In this document: piece by piece, positions 52,501-64,000 of the stretch
Position numbering within the stretch: position 1 is the first letter of the stretch
How the letters are laid out: every line of letters begins with the position of its first letter
Source: Paragordius varius
Lineage: Eukaryota > Animalia > Nematomorpha
Assembly (NCBI GenBank): GCA_964247055.1
Contig: OZ176057.1
Coordinates: 372,001-436,000, forward strand
Length of the DNA: 64,000 nucleotides
Direction of reading: 5' to 3'
Made by a program: the position numbers and the translations under genes
Notes under the pieces: model-generated
What the model was told of the DNA's origin: nothing
Database searches by the model: none
The model's input: the letters and a program-made list of their open reading frames with translations, nothing else

Positions 52501-54018
52501 ACATTGATATACAAAACCCATACCGTACCCGGTTCCTGGTCAACAAGAACCTGTTCTACTTTTTTTAAAACGGTTCCAAGTACTGATATATACCATTTAC
52601 ACGTAAAATTAGCCTCGAACAATTCAAACTCACCCTAATTTTTATGTGTTTTTAGGGGCTTACATCATTTATGAAATAACTCTTTATCTGGTTTTGTTTA
52701 TATTTTTTTCTGTAATATTTAAACGAAAATTTATTTTTAAAACAAATTATATAGGTAATATTTGATAATCAAAAACTAACATATTTTAAGGTGAATTTGA
52801 GGGGTAAATGGAAATACACATAAATATCATGTTAAGTCTAACAGTTAATAAATAAAAAAGAAGTGGGTCAGATATATGGAAACCAGCAAAATCTAGTATA
52901 AAATATCCTTAATTTTTTTAATATTTGCTTATACTATAACAATTTGCAACACAGTAGTGTATGGAAAATAGAAATGATGTAATTGTTTATTCGTATTTTA
53001 TTCTTTTTTCCATACACTAATATTTTGCAAATTATCCTAGTATAGTGTGAAACAAACCATTAAAATGTATCCAGTAAAATTAAGAACCCATTTTTTCATA
53101 CAACAGTTGTAAGGAAATTAAACACCTGGTCTTGCTAAAAAAGTTATGGAAAATGATTTAAAAATTTGCGTATTGGCCTTTGCGTCTTTTATTAAACATT
53201 GATCCTGAAATATAAATTATTTAAAATGAGTTGGTCACTTTTACACTAATTTTAAATTCCAGTGTGACAAAGTTTCAAGGCGTCAAACCTATGCTTTTGT
53301 TAATTAAGGGATTGCAAAATAACTTTTTAATCGAATTCACTAAAAACAGTGCAACTACCACAATTTAAAATCTAAGCTCTTTCATAAGGTTAAGTGTAAA
53401 GAAATAACTTTTCTGACCCAACTTATGACTAACATTTGAATGAATAAAAGTTATTTTTAAGTTTTAATATTTGGAAATAATCCAAGAAAAATTTCATAAA
53501 AAGTTTAAAATTCCATTTTTTATTATATTGCCCTGGTCTGAATTAAAATTTGGATATCATTAAATTTTGGTGCGGACACAAGGTTTAGAAATTAATAACA
53601 TATCAATCTATATTTGCATTAAAACTTATTTATAATTTGGCCTTTTTTGATTTATAGATAATATATGTAAATTTATATACTAATTGCATTTTCATTCTAT
53701 TTTCTAGATTATAAAATTTAAAAAACAATAGAAAATGTATAAATTTTAGAGACTCAAAATTTTAAACTTAGAAATCCATTCCCCGCCCAAATCACAGCTT
53801 ATATTTTTGAAAGGTCCATAATTTATATAAGGCGCAGGACATAATCTACCACCGGTACTTTCTATATATAAGCAGTAAATATGATATTTCATAAAAATTG
53901 TACTTGTTCCTTCCAAAATAACAATATTATATTTTTCGCATTTATTGCGCATGTAAAAGGCAGAGGATAACCCAGATAACCCTCCTCCAATTATGCATAT
54001 ATCGGATTCAATATTCAT
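41156..54018 (-). CDS. Flavin-containing amine oxidase (MAO/AofH-like), 14 exons, 676 aa
   Basis: Exons (minus strand): 54018-53904, 53861-53768, 52492-52165, 51153-51006, 50075-49930, 49037-48894, 47402-47288, 46495-46329, 44808-44657, 43865-43738, 43052-42976, 42810-42721, 42038-41819, 41262-41156. All introns GT-AG with consistent phases; 2031 nt. Motifs in MAO order: IIGGGLSGL, LEG..STGGR, DLGGEWI, GGAHTLCQKI, IIAIPP, GRMLKFVLIYPRPFW, LSGFIG, EERI, DWRMEP..GGP, FGGTETA..GTISGAIQSG.R. The exon 6 donor could be 6 nt earlier. Confidence 0.9.
41404..41684. mobile_element. Tc1/mariner-like MITE, representative of ~20 copies or fragments
   Basis: ~80-bp TIR with consensus CAGTAAAAATTGAAATTATACGGACAAAACGTAAAAATATAAAGACAAATATTTTTTT..AAAAGACAACCATACTTT and TA flanks. 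Other copies or fragments near 3030, 20425, 29330, 33240, 33850, 34440, 37690, 42300, 43900, 45370, 46000, 46830, 49140, 50110, 50500, 50650 and 51170. Confidence 0.75.
43310..43700. mobile_element. Foldback-type MITE, subfamily 2
   Basis: TIR TATACCATTTACA / TGTAAATGGTATA. Unit TTGAATTGTTCAAGGGTGAAT occurs 4-5 times in each arm, inverted between arms. Confidence 0.88.
45680..45924. mobile_element. Tc1/mariner-like MITE, complete copy
   Basis: TA|CAGTAAAAATTAAAATTATA ... TATAATTTCAATTTTTACTG|TA. Confidence 0.85.
46519..46554. repeat. (AT)n microsatellite
   Basis: Pure AT run directly adjacent to a foldback-MITE terminus. Confidence 0.97.
46557..46817. mobile_element. Foldback-type MITE subfamily 2, degenerate
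   Basis: TTCAAATTCACCC at the left; GGTGAATTTGAA repeats and AAATGGT at the right. Confidence 0.6.
47463..47784. mobile_element. hAT-like MITE, degenerate
   Basis: Ends TAGGGGTCTTGAAC..GCGGGCCG and GCGGCCCGC..GTTGGACACCCCAG resemble hAT (CAGGGGTGTCCAAC-type) termini. No intact 8-bp TSD. Related end fragments near 23870-23890 and 46075-46105. Confidence 0.5.
47860..48363. mobile_element. Foldback-type MITE subfamily 1
   Basis: TATACCATTT start, TTCAAGTTGGTCCTT unit, interior similar to 14732-15382, AAGGACCAACTTGAA at the right end. Confidence 0.8.
48563..48842. mobile_element. Tc1/mariner-like MITE, complete copy
   Basis: TA|CAGTAAAAGCTGAAATTATACGGAC ... GTAATTTGAATTTTTACTG|TA. Confidence 0.85.
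52589..52812. mobile_element. Foldback-type MITE subfamily 2, degenerate
   Basis: TATACCATTTACA left TIR, GAACAATTCAAACTCACCC unit, GGTGAATTTG..GTAAATGG right end. Confidence 0.65.
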
Positions 54019-54454
54019 TCCATATATATCGGTACAGTAATACATTGGTACAGTCGAAAAAACACATTTTCCATACAAAATGTGCAAAGAAAAGCGGAAT
54101 TTATGATTTTATCATTTTATTTTTTACAGATTTTAGTTATAACATTTTTTAAACAGATTCTTTGAATAAGAAACATATGTGTTTCTATGGATTAGCTCCT
54201 AATCTTTTACACCTTACATGGATACATAACATTAATTTTAGTCCTTCGATTCAAATTGGGTAGTTGAATACCCCAAGAATAAAATTCTTTGAAATATGCA
54301 CGGCAAAAGTTTAATTGAAACACTTTGTATAATATGAAATTATCTAAATTCCGGACTATATTTATATTGATATTTAAAAAAACAATTAAAAAAACGGATG
54401 CTTCCATTCTGAAGAATTATATTAGCCGAAATATCTGAAAATTTACTTTTTTAA

Positions 54455-55022
54455 CACTTCGATTCAAATTAAGGTATCTAAATAACCCAGACTAAAAAGT
54501 TAGAATTTTTAGAAAACTACTGAAGGAAACGGTCCCAATTCAAATTTATGCTTCTATCCTGATAAAAAATATATAAATATGCCAAAATATGTTGATAAAA
54601 TTTTGTTTTGCAAAAAAAGTTTCACCTCAAACTATTCGACGCCATTTTTATTTTACAAAATTTTTCAAAATATCGTTTTCATTTAATTTTAAGGGTAAAA
54701 AAAAGCTAAATTTTAATATAAATTACATCTAACATAGATAGAAATAGAAAAAGCGGTTTATTTTGTAATATTTTTTAATTTTACCATTTGACACATGTCA
54801 CGTTGACGAAATTTTTTCCTTTCGGTTCTAGCTAAAAATATTTAATATTTTTGAATTAAATTTTTTATATATTAGGTTTATTAATGTTATATAAGTGCAA
54901 GTTTTTGCCATGGTTTTGAATCCTTCTATACTTTTAGAGTATTTGATTTTAAACAGGCCTGGGGTATCCAACTACCCCAATTTGAATCGAAGGATTAAAA
55001 TTAGTGTATTGTATCCCAAGTG
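54455..55022 (+). mobile_element. piggyBac-like MITE, copy 5
   Basis: TTAA at 54451-54454 and 55023-55026. An inverted end fragment lies at ~54215-54276. Confidence 0.8.
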
Positions 55023-55026
55023 TTAA

Positions 55027-55408
55027 AAAAAGTTCCATATAAACGATTTCGACGCCATTTTTATTTTACAACATGTTTGAAAATTATCGTGTTATTTATT
55101 TTTTAAGCTAAAAGATCACATTTAACATTGACAGAAACAAAAAAAGTGGCTTATTTTACATTATTTTTAAAGTTAGCTAATGCATACATGCCATGTTAGC
55201 TTAATTTTTACCTTTGGGTACCATACATTAAGTAATATCAAGTAGGTATTTTTGAATAGATTTTTATTTTATATCTCTGTTTAATAAAGTTAAGAGTACA
55301 CCTTTGCCTTGGATTGATTTTTTGAATTATATATTTTTAACAGGCCTGGGGTATCAAAGTACTCCAATTTGAATCGAAGGATTAAAATGAGTGTGTTGTA
55401 TCTAAGTG
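55027..55408 (+). mobile_element. piggyBac-like MITE, copy 6 (partial, tandem with copy 5)
   Basis: Starts at the internal AAAAGTTCC..TTCGACGCC motif and ends GTATCTAAGTG; more diverged than copy 5. Confidence 0.7.
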
Positions 55409-56229
55409 TAAATAATGCATTTAATTCAATCAAACAGTAGATTTCTTTATTTAACAAACTTTAATAAGACAATTATTATAATCAATCAGAAATGTGTATC
55501 CAATTAAGACATTAAACGGGTTAAGCAGTGCTCATCAAAAAATATTAAGTTTCACAAAAAAACATATATATTGTCCCAAGCGCACTATATATTACCGAAA
55601 TAAATTTGATAGCTATTTTAAAAATTTACAAATATTTATATTGAAAATAGATACATCAAAATTTTAATGAATAAATCAGAGGCATAACGTGGGCCGCGGT
55701 TTCGAATACCATACCACTGGTTTCAAGTTTTTACATATTTAAGGAAAAATTTTCATTTTATTTTGAAGCAAATAAAAAATAAAAAAGAGTTTTTTAATGT
55801 ATATTTGGCATATCGAAATTATCATTTTCCGTTTTTTAAAAAAAACCTATTTTAAATTCGAAAATTAGCTTTCAGAGCCACACGTTAAAAATAAATAATA
55901 TAATATATTGTTTTTATATGTTTTATACTTATATTTTGAAACTTAAACGTTAAATTGCAAATAACTTCAAGTTAAGACTTAAACATTTCATTAATTATCT
56001 TTGTCCGAATTTTAATTCCAAATTTTTTTTCAAGTTTCTAATTATTTATTATTAGAAAGGCCAATTACCAAAATAATCATTTTTATACCTTTTATTACTT
56101 CTTTAATCACTATTTCCGTTAAATATATTACAATCTTATAATCGCAGTCAAATGATTCATTTATTTATTGTAAATTATATATGATATGGTTCAATTGTTT
56201 TTTATGTTACTTTTAAGATATCTTTTAAG

Positions 56230-59010
56230 TTATTACTTAGATTGTAAAGACGGAATCCATACACTTAAATAGGGTTGACCAAAGCCTCGGCAAACTAGTT
56301 CATAAAAATGCCAAAAATTAATATGATAGATAAAATACTTATAGGAAACTGGAACTTCAAGGGTTTGAATGAAGAAAAAAAGACTCTAATAAGAAAAGAT
56401 ATGCAAAGAATCCAATTAAACATTTTGGGCCACTGAAACCCAATACAAGGGCAACGCTATTTATATAACGAAGATTGTATTTATATGTCGGGACAAGATG
56501 AAATAAGGAGGGAGGGTGTCAGTGTAATATTAAATAAAGAATATAATAAATATGTCAATTATAATTATGAGCATCAGATTTAATGTTAGCCCGGTTAACT
56601 TAACATATATCATTGTGTACGCCCCTACAGTGGACTCCGAACAAGAAACAATAGATGCAAACGAACACCTCCAAGACTTAATAAATTCTGTACCTAAAAA
56701 GGATATGATTATGATAGGTGGTGATTGGAATAGTAAGGTTGGAAATTAAGATTACGACAAGATAGTGGGAAAACACGGATTAGGCGAAAGGAACGAAGTT
56801 GGTGAACGATAAATACAATTCTGTATGATTAAACAAATTTTTGTTGATACATGGTATAAACAACATAAAGAAGTTATGCATGGACGTCCCCTTGTGAAAA
56901 ATATAAAACCAAATAGATTAGTTTATAGGACAACAAAAATGAAAAAGTTCTCCATTAATGCTAAAACCAAGAAAAGTTGTGACTGCTAAGCGATCATCAA
57001 CTATTAAAAAACAATTAAAACGCACATGTTAAAACTCCGGAATAATAAATAATAACACAAATACAATGTTGAACAAATCCATTTAGAATATAAGATACAA
57101 GTAAACAATTTACTTGTTTTAGATAATTAATACTCAGAAAACCAATGAATTAGTATAAAAACATTAATTCACGAGAAAACACAAAAACATTTACCAAGTA
57201 AAAAAAACATTATATAAGAAAGGTATATCAGATGACTGTATGAAAATAATTGAAGGAAGAAGAAAAGCTAAGAAAAGATATAATACATATGGTTAAGAAA
57301 TTGAATTCAAGACGCCAGAGACAGAAAAGGAAAAACCTGGAGGAATATTTCAACGAATGCACGACTATTGAGGAAAACAGAAAAGGCTTAAGCAAGCCTC
57401 TGTTCCAAACCATCAGAAAAAAAACAAATCAATACCAACTTCCAAACATAATAAGGTAATGATGGAATGATCTTGACGACGGAAATAGAAATCAAACAAA
57501 GATGGGAAAATTACACCAAACAGCTATATAGTGCGCACCCAGGTGCAAACGATAGACAAATATATGGGAATGCGGATGATGAGTTATGTATACTGGAAGC
57601 AGAGGTAATAAAAACTTTAAAATCGATACCAATGAGGAAAGCCTCGGGAATAGACAATATTTGGAATTAATAAGAGATATACCAATATTTGTTGTGCATA
57701 GATTGTGTCAGAATGGGAGTCAGTATTTGGCCAAAAGTCTGGCAAACTTCACTGTTTATCCCAATCCTTAAAAAGAAAGATAAATCAAATTGCGAAAACT
57801 ATAGAAACATAGCTCTCATTAGTCATGCAACTACAATTTTATTGAAGATTATCCATAACAAAATACACCAAGTGATAGCCAAGATTCCAGATGTTCAAGC
57901 AGTATTTATGAAAGGGCGTAGCACAAGAGATCATATTTCTAACGTAAGACATAATTGAAACTTGTAAACAATTTCAAGTAGAGTTAGTAATATGTTGTAT
58001 TGATTATATCCCAAGCTCTTGACTCAATTAACCATGTCCATTATGGTGAAGTTTGGAAGCAATGGGAGTTACTGCAAAGCTAACCTTGCTCAAAAATTGT
58101 ATGAAGACCAAAAGGCCACACAGTTGCAACGAAATTTTAATACAGAAAGGTTTTAGGAGGATGTTGCCTCTCACCATAATTGTTAATTGTACAGAAATGA
58201 TCATGAGGAAATTAGATGAAGCCACTGAAAGCCTAAGGATAGGAGGAAGAAGGATTAACAATTTAAGATTCGCAGATGACACTACGCTGATCGCAGATAA
58301 TGTAGAAAGTTTAAAGAATATGATAAGGTTAATAAGAGAAGAAAGCAATAGATATGGATTGAACCTCAATCCTAAACTAAAATTATGAGTTTATTAGAAA
58401 ATAACCCTAATATAACCATAGATGACACCCCAGTAGAATAGTAAATGAAATCCTATTTTTAGGCTATGTAATAGGTTTAAACGTCTCTTCCACGCCAGAT
58501 ATTAACGCCGCATATAGGGAAGTTAGCTGCGAACATGTTGACTAAATTATAAAGTAAAGATATCAATTTAAAAACCAAAAAGAGAGTAATGAAATGCATG
58601 GTTTTTCCGGTATCAAGTTATGCTGCCGAAGTTAAAACAGAATGATAAAAAGAGGATTGGAGCGTTTAAAATATGGTGTTGAAGGAGAATGTTGAATATT
58701 AGATGGGCTGACAAGGTTCAGAATGAAACAATAAGAGAAATATTAAATATTGAGAGTCGCTTAATGGAAGCTATAATAAAAAGAAAGTTCACATACATGG
58801 GTCACATTTTAAGAAATAGATCTCTGGAGAAGGATTTGATTTTTGGAAAAGTTTAAGGGAAAAAAAGGGAAACCGATGTTAAGATGGCTGGATACTGTAA
58901 AGAAGGAAAATGGTAGATATATAGGAATTGGGAGAAATAACACGGGAAAGAGATAAGTAGAGAGAACTCGTCATTTTAGTTTCCGAGGGGTCGAACTCGA
59001 CCTAAGGAAA
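56230..59010 (+). mobile_element. Near full-length degenerate RTE LINE (a different subfamily)
   Basis: APE: IGNWNFKGL, VYAPT, GGDWNSKVG. RT: NYRNIALISH, LRFADDTTLIAD (ORF 58053-58388). C-terminal WC.RRMLNIRWADKVQNE motif and a TACC-like tail near 59010. Many stops and frameshifts; no clear TSD. Confidence 0.85.
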
Positions 59011-60494
59011 TACCTACCTAGAAATTTTAATACATTTAATGTCATGATATTCATGAAAGCAGCATTCAGGTTTAGCTGATAAATTTTACTAGCAATATAT
59101 GATTTGCGACTTTTTTGAGGCAATCAATATAAAGCCTGAAAAAGACTTCTTAAGCGTAAAAAATTATATCTATTTTCCTAGCAGAGCATTTTTTGCGATT
59201 TGTGTGCACTTTTAAAGCACTGTAATTTGGGGGTTGAGTTATATATAATCAAAATGTTATTGAAAGGCCGCATAAAATCATTTAGGTCTTGGCTTAGTGC
59301 AGAGAAAAAAACACTATACACAACCAAAAATATTTTAAGAATATATTTTTTGATAAGAATGTATCAGATTTTTATGGTTTTAGTATTGAGCATTTGAGTC
59401 ATATATGATTTATACTTTTGTAGTAATTGCTCCTTATCAAAATCGCTAAATTATTAAAACAATTTGCGGACACAAGGCACACTCAAAAATTCTGGTGGGG
59501 CTTTCAATACGATTCATTTATGCATTTTTACTATTTGCTATATTTCTCTACATCTAAATATAGAATCAGCGCGCAAATTAATTTTTTTAGTGAATGCTAG
59601 ATGTTACTGCAAAAAGAACAAAATATTTATGTCAAATTTAATTTTTAGATGTGGGCTCCGGTCTAAAATTTGGACTACTCCAATCGGGCTAATTGTTTAT
59701 TTACATGGCCATTATAGCTTTACTTCATTCTAAGGACATGTTTAATCATTTTCAATTTAGAAAGTATTTAAACCACTTTTGTTATAAATTGATACGAAAC
59801 GGGCTAATTTTATAATTGGTTGTTTCCTTATATAATAAAACTGGTACTTTGGTCAAAACCAATATGGCAATATTTCAATTCATATGAAGCCAAGTTTTTA
59901 CATCAAAGCTTTAAGTAATCCAGTGGTGAGTACCAATAAATTAATAATTTAAAATTTTTGACCAGTCAAGCTAATAAACTTTCTAATTAGGTTAAAAAAT
60001 TCCATCAAAATAAATTATATATATTGGAAAAAATCATTTTTTCTTACATATACATTTTGATTATCAAGCGAATAAAGCGGTCGAGTAATTTTCTAAGGAC
60101 TAGCGGCCTATCAGAAATCGTTAGACAAGCTTAGGATGGAAAGTAATATAGTTTTATATTAAAGCCCGGTTAGACCTTATTTACTTAGCTGGTTTATTAC
60201 TTGCTTAGAAGTATTTCTTTCCGCTAAAGGTTGTTTTTACAACTATTCCATATAGTGAAAAAATTAACTGAATTTTTAGGCATCCATTCATTAAATTTCC
60301 AGGATATTATTTAAATTATTATAGCAAACTTAGCTGAATTATATATTTATTTAAAGAGTAAATGACACCTTTTAGTTTAAAATAAATTTCTTACAGTTTT
60401 ACCCAATTCGATAGGGTTTATTTATAGTTATATAAAATACACAATCAACAATCAATTACGTAAATTTGATTCTTGAATTAATATTAATGTTTTT

Positions 60495-60901
60495 ATGAAA
60501 TTCATCAAATTTTTTAAAAAATCTTGTTGTTGCTGTTGCTGTCCCGTCACCGATGAAACCGTTGAAACAAATCCCGCAGACAATCCGCAACCAATTGTGA
60601 GAAGTAACTAAAGCTTATATTGTCTATTAAATCTTAAATTATCCATAATTTCGTGGTATTTTTTAAGAAACACATTATTGCATGCTTGATTTGGATGTTA
60701 GGGTAATACTGAATTTAGACTGTACAGTTGTTTAATGACAAAGTATTAAGCATTATAGTTTAATATGTCTTATATTGTATAAAGTTTTTTAAATACCTTT
60801 ATCCTCTTATTCAACTATAGATAAGAAAAACAAATGGCAATTTTTGAATATTTTCAGGAAAAAAAGGGCTCACCCCACTACCAATGAAGGAAACCCAATC
60901 A
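60495..60901 (+). CDS. Probable first two exons of an unidentified gene with an N-terminal poly-Cys motif (partial)
   Basis: Exon 60495-60603 encodes MKFIKFFKKSCCCCCCPVTDETVETNPADNPQPIVR (donor A|GTAACT). Exon 60858-60901 has TTTTCAG acceptor and GTATGT donor, matches phase, and adds RKKGLTPLPMKETQS. Further candidate small exons lie at ~63070-63580. Confidence 0.5.
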
Positions 60902-63900
60902 GTATGTGTTAACCATTATATCCTTGATTTAAGTCACATTTCAAAATCTAACATTTGAAATACATTATAATGCAACAAAAACGACTGACTATAATTAACT
61001 GAATATAAATTTTAAAAAAGATTTCCAAAATAATGTGAAAAGAAATAGAAAAGTAAGATGTAACTATATCGCTCATTATTTTAACTACGTATAGCGTATA
61101 GTTTAAATTGATTATCATACACATCTGTTAAACTTGTTTACTTAAGATGTGAAATGTTACGAATGATTGATTTTTTGTAAATAAAGTTGATTTGAGTTTC
61201 TTTGCTGCACAGATGTAGTATACCATTTTAAGAGAGATTTGAATGGTTTTAGACAAAAGTGTACGCGAATTATATTTTTATACATACAAAAACAAAAGAC
61301 TCAAAGCAATCGATTATTCTAAAATAAACCCTAAAATAAAGTAAAACTGAATCGATTTTTAATTTAAAAAGTAAAAATGAAGTATTTGCTAATGATATCT
61401 TTTCACGTTGGCCCGAATATTAAAGGGATCTTGAGCCTAAAATTTTCAATTTCAATAATATATCGCTAGACTTTTAAGCTAATACATAACTTGCCACCTC
61501 ATTGATATATTCAATCAGCATCATCAGTCAAGCGACAAGTTTTTTAAAAAGTCATTAATACCGAAAACTTTAACATAAAATAGATATATTTTAAACAGTT
61601 TTTAAAAAATATTAAATTAATCTTTGATATATTCAAAGTTTACGTGTAGTATATCAAGGAGGTTATATTATTAAAAAAATTTAGGTCTCTGGAACGGGAA
61701 AAACATAATCTTTGCGTTGATATATAAATATGGTTGCTCCTATGATAATATTGATATTTTAGACACAGTTACCTCAATATTAAATTTTACACTGCTTTTA
61801 CATTGCAATTCATATGGTAATTCCATTTCTATAATAAATTAAAAGCTATTGAATAGATTTGACATTTTGCTAACCAAACAGGCCCATATTTTAGAATTTT
61901 CATGCCGAATAAAAAAGGTTGCGGTATCTTGCAAAAAAACGTATATCAACTATTTTAACTTCTTTGATTTTTATATGAATGTCAAATTTCGGTTTAAAAA
62001 TTAAGTTTTTAGAAATCAGTATTATTGTATTGTCTAACTAGCCTTTACATTTTGAACAACCTTGAGCCGCCCGCATCGCATATATAATAAAACTTAAGTT
62101 AATTAAAAAGTGGGCCTTTTGTGTTAAAGTTCGGCAAAAATATCTATGAAGCAAAATAAGAAAGCGTATTGGAATAAGGTGGGACTTATGTTGCCAAAAT
62201 AAATCCCTTTTCTATCTTCGCTCTCAACCCTGAACGGACCTGTGCAAATGATTTCGTCATCCCTAATATAATTTGACCGTCTTAATTAATAGGGTGCATC
62301 GAAATTATTTCAAATTTTTATGGAGTATATTAAAAATCTAAAATAAGCTTATATTAAATACTCTTTTATCTTTTGATCTTTTGACTCAAATATACTATTT
62401 AATTTTAGCGATTAGAGCAATTCAATAAACTTTATTGTTGTCTGATGAAATGTTTACCTATTTAAAAAATGTAACTAAAGGGACTTTGCAATGGCTGCAG
62501 GGAGTCTATAAGAGAGAGCCAAGCTTTTAATACCTTTGGGACGAAACAGGATATGTTCTTCATAAAATCATGTAAATTGTGTAAAAACATATAAAGACAA
62601 TACAGTATCTGAGGAAGAAAAATGCAACTTATCCTTATTTCGCTCCAAAGGCAGTGTAAGCTTGGCTCTTCCTCCCAGTGTCCCTCCAAACCTTGCAGCC
62701 AGAATTTGCCAACAAAGGTCGGCCTGCAAGTCACTGCAACGTATCTTCTGGTTACTTAACACGTAACTTATCAGATATCAATAAAATCTACTTAATTGCT
62801 TTAATCCCTAGATTTATAATCTATTTAGGGAAACTCAAAAGATATTGCATATAAGTATAAGAATAATTTTTTAATCTGGCCTGTCACCCATTCACATCAT
62901 TAGACGAATATTAATTTCTCAGACGCATATTTTTAAAACCCTTTACTTATATTATATAAATTTCATACAAATAATAGTAAATATGTGTTTAAATCTTACA
63001 TAAAAAGACAAACTAAAAATAATTAATTTGGTTATTCTTAATTTCTAAACACAATCCCGATTTAATAGATGATCAAGCTGTTAATTTAGAACAGAATATA
63101 GTTGAGGCTGGAGATATAAAACCAACGAATTTGAGTAAGTTATTTATTTAGATTATATACTGCATTTTGTATAGATTTAAATGCTAAACTACTTAATATT
63201 GTAGACATTTTATTAAGTTTAGTATTCAAAGAAGGAACTACGTTTTATGTTGTTTAATTATATTATTGTGATATTTTTTGGAATAAAGCCTTTTAATCCA
63301 CTAAAATGTTTTATTAATATGTGCTCAAAGCGATTTTTAGAGTCAACAAAAGTGTAAATTCAAAAGGACCATATGAATCGTTATATATTTTGCCTTCTAT
63401 ATATTTTGTGACACTATATAATATTTATTTTTCCCTCGTAGCAATTTGGAATGGGAATCTTAGTATGCGTATATCATTATTTGTTAAAAAACCATATTAT
63501 TACTAATATTTATATATTCAATTTATTTTATTTATATACATCATCAATTAAGCTAACGATCATCCAAACGCAGTCAATAATTCAAACGTAAGTACAAGTT
63601 TCATACATCAATCATATTACACAATTAAGAAATAGTTTTAATATTATATAATATATTATATGGGTTTTTTCAAATCAGCCGTTAATAAAATTATTACTTT
63701 TACATCCATTATTTTTAGATATAATATTTTTCAGGATTTTTTTATTAAACTAAATAATTTTTTTGGATTTAAAATTTTAATTACAATAACAAGTTAATAT
63801 TTTTTCATTAAAATGCAGTTCAAATATAATTCATCTAAAAAAACTAATCACTAACAAAATTTTTGGGCTTACACTTTACTAACATTATAATGAATACTTA

Positions 63901-64000
63901 CCTCTTTTAAAATAAAGATTATTCATAAATTGGCACAAAGTATATCTAAGCCCCTTTTAACTCTGAAATATCACATCCAGAAATTCGATCTTATTATCAA

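Noticed and set aside
61687-61710. SGTGKT Walker-A-like hexapeptide
   Set aside because: Immediately followed by a stop, with no surrounding NTPase motifs; chance match.
62462-62762. GC-richer patch faintly resembling Gypsy integrase (SD..PTFVGKFW)
   Set aside because: Similarity needs several frameshifts, and no LTR, RT or RNase H is nearby. Not supportable without a profile search.
1-64000. Ciliate-type genetic code suggested by the tiny introns
   Set aside because: Both reconstructed genes have no in-frame TAA or TAG and end at TAA and TAG exactly where homologues end, so the standard code fits.
1-64000. tRNA, rRNA or snRNA genes
   Set aside because: No cloverleaf, A/B-box or rRNA-like conserved segment was recognised by eye; tRNAscan-SE or Infernal would be needed to exclude them.

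Overview
Very AT-rich eukaryotic DNA read with the standard genetic code, gene-poor and dense in transposons. The organism cannot be identified from sequence alone; its 21-24 nt introns resemble those of reduced parasites such as myxozoans and dicyemids. Two spliced genes can be reconstructed end to end by hand. One is SNRNP27 (+, 7237-18855, 6 exons, 120 aa), with three 21-24 nt introns plus introns of 8.2 kb and 3.0 kb. The other is a divergent flavin monoamine-oxidase-family gene (-, 54018-41156, 14 exons, 676 aa). Also present: an orphan signal-peptide ORF (838-1638), the likely start of a poly-Cys gene (60495 onward) and a decayed LRR locus (about 30.0-30.6 kb). Most of the rest is mobile DNA: five RTE-clade LINE copies (one full-length, with a 17-bp TSD and a PHD-type finger), a fold-back Harbinger relic, a non-autonomous Helitron carrying a ~150-bp tandem array, Chapaev3-like MITEs plus a transposase relic whose terminal repeat overlaps the oxidase stop codon, piggyBac-like MITEs in inverted pairs, about 20 Tc1/mariner-like MITE copies and a foldback-type MITE family with 21-bp subterminal arrays. 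No rRNA, tRNA or CRISPR array was recognised. All alignments and translations were done by eye, so approximate boundaries are marked as such.
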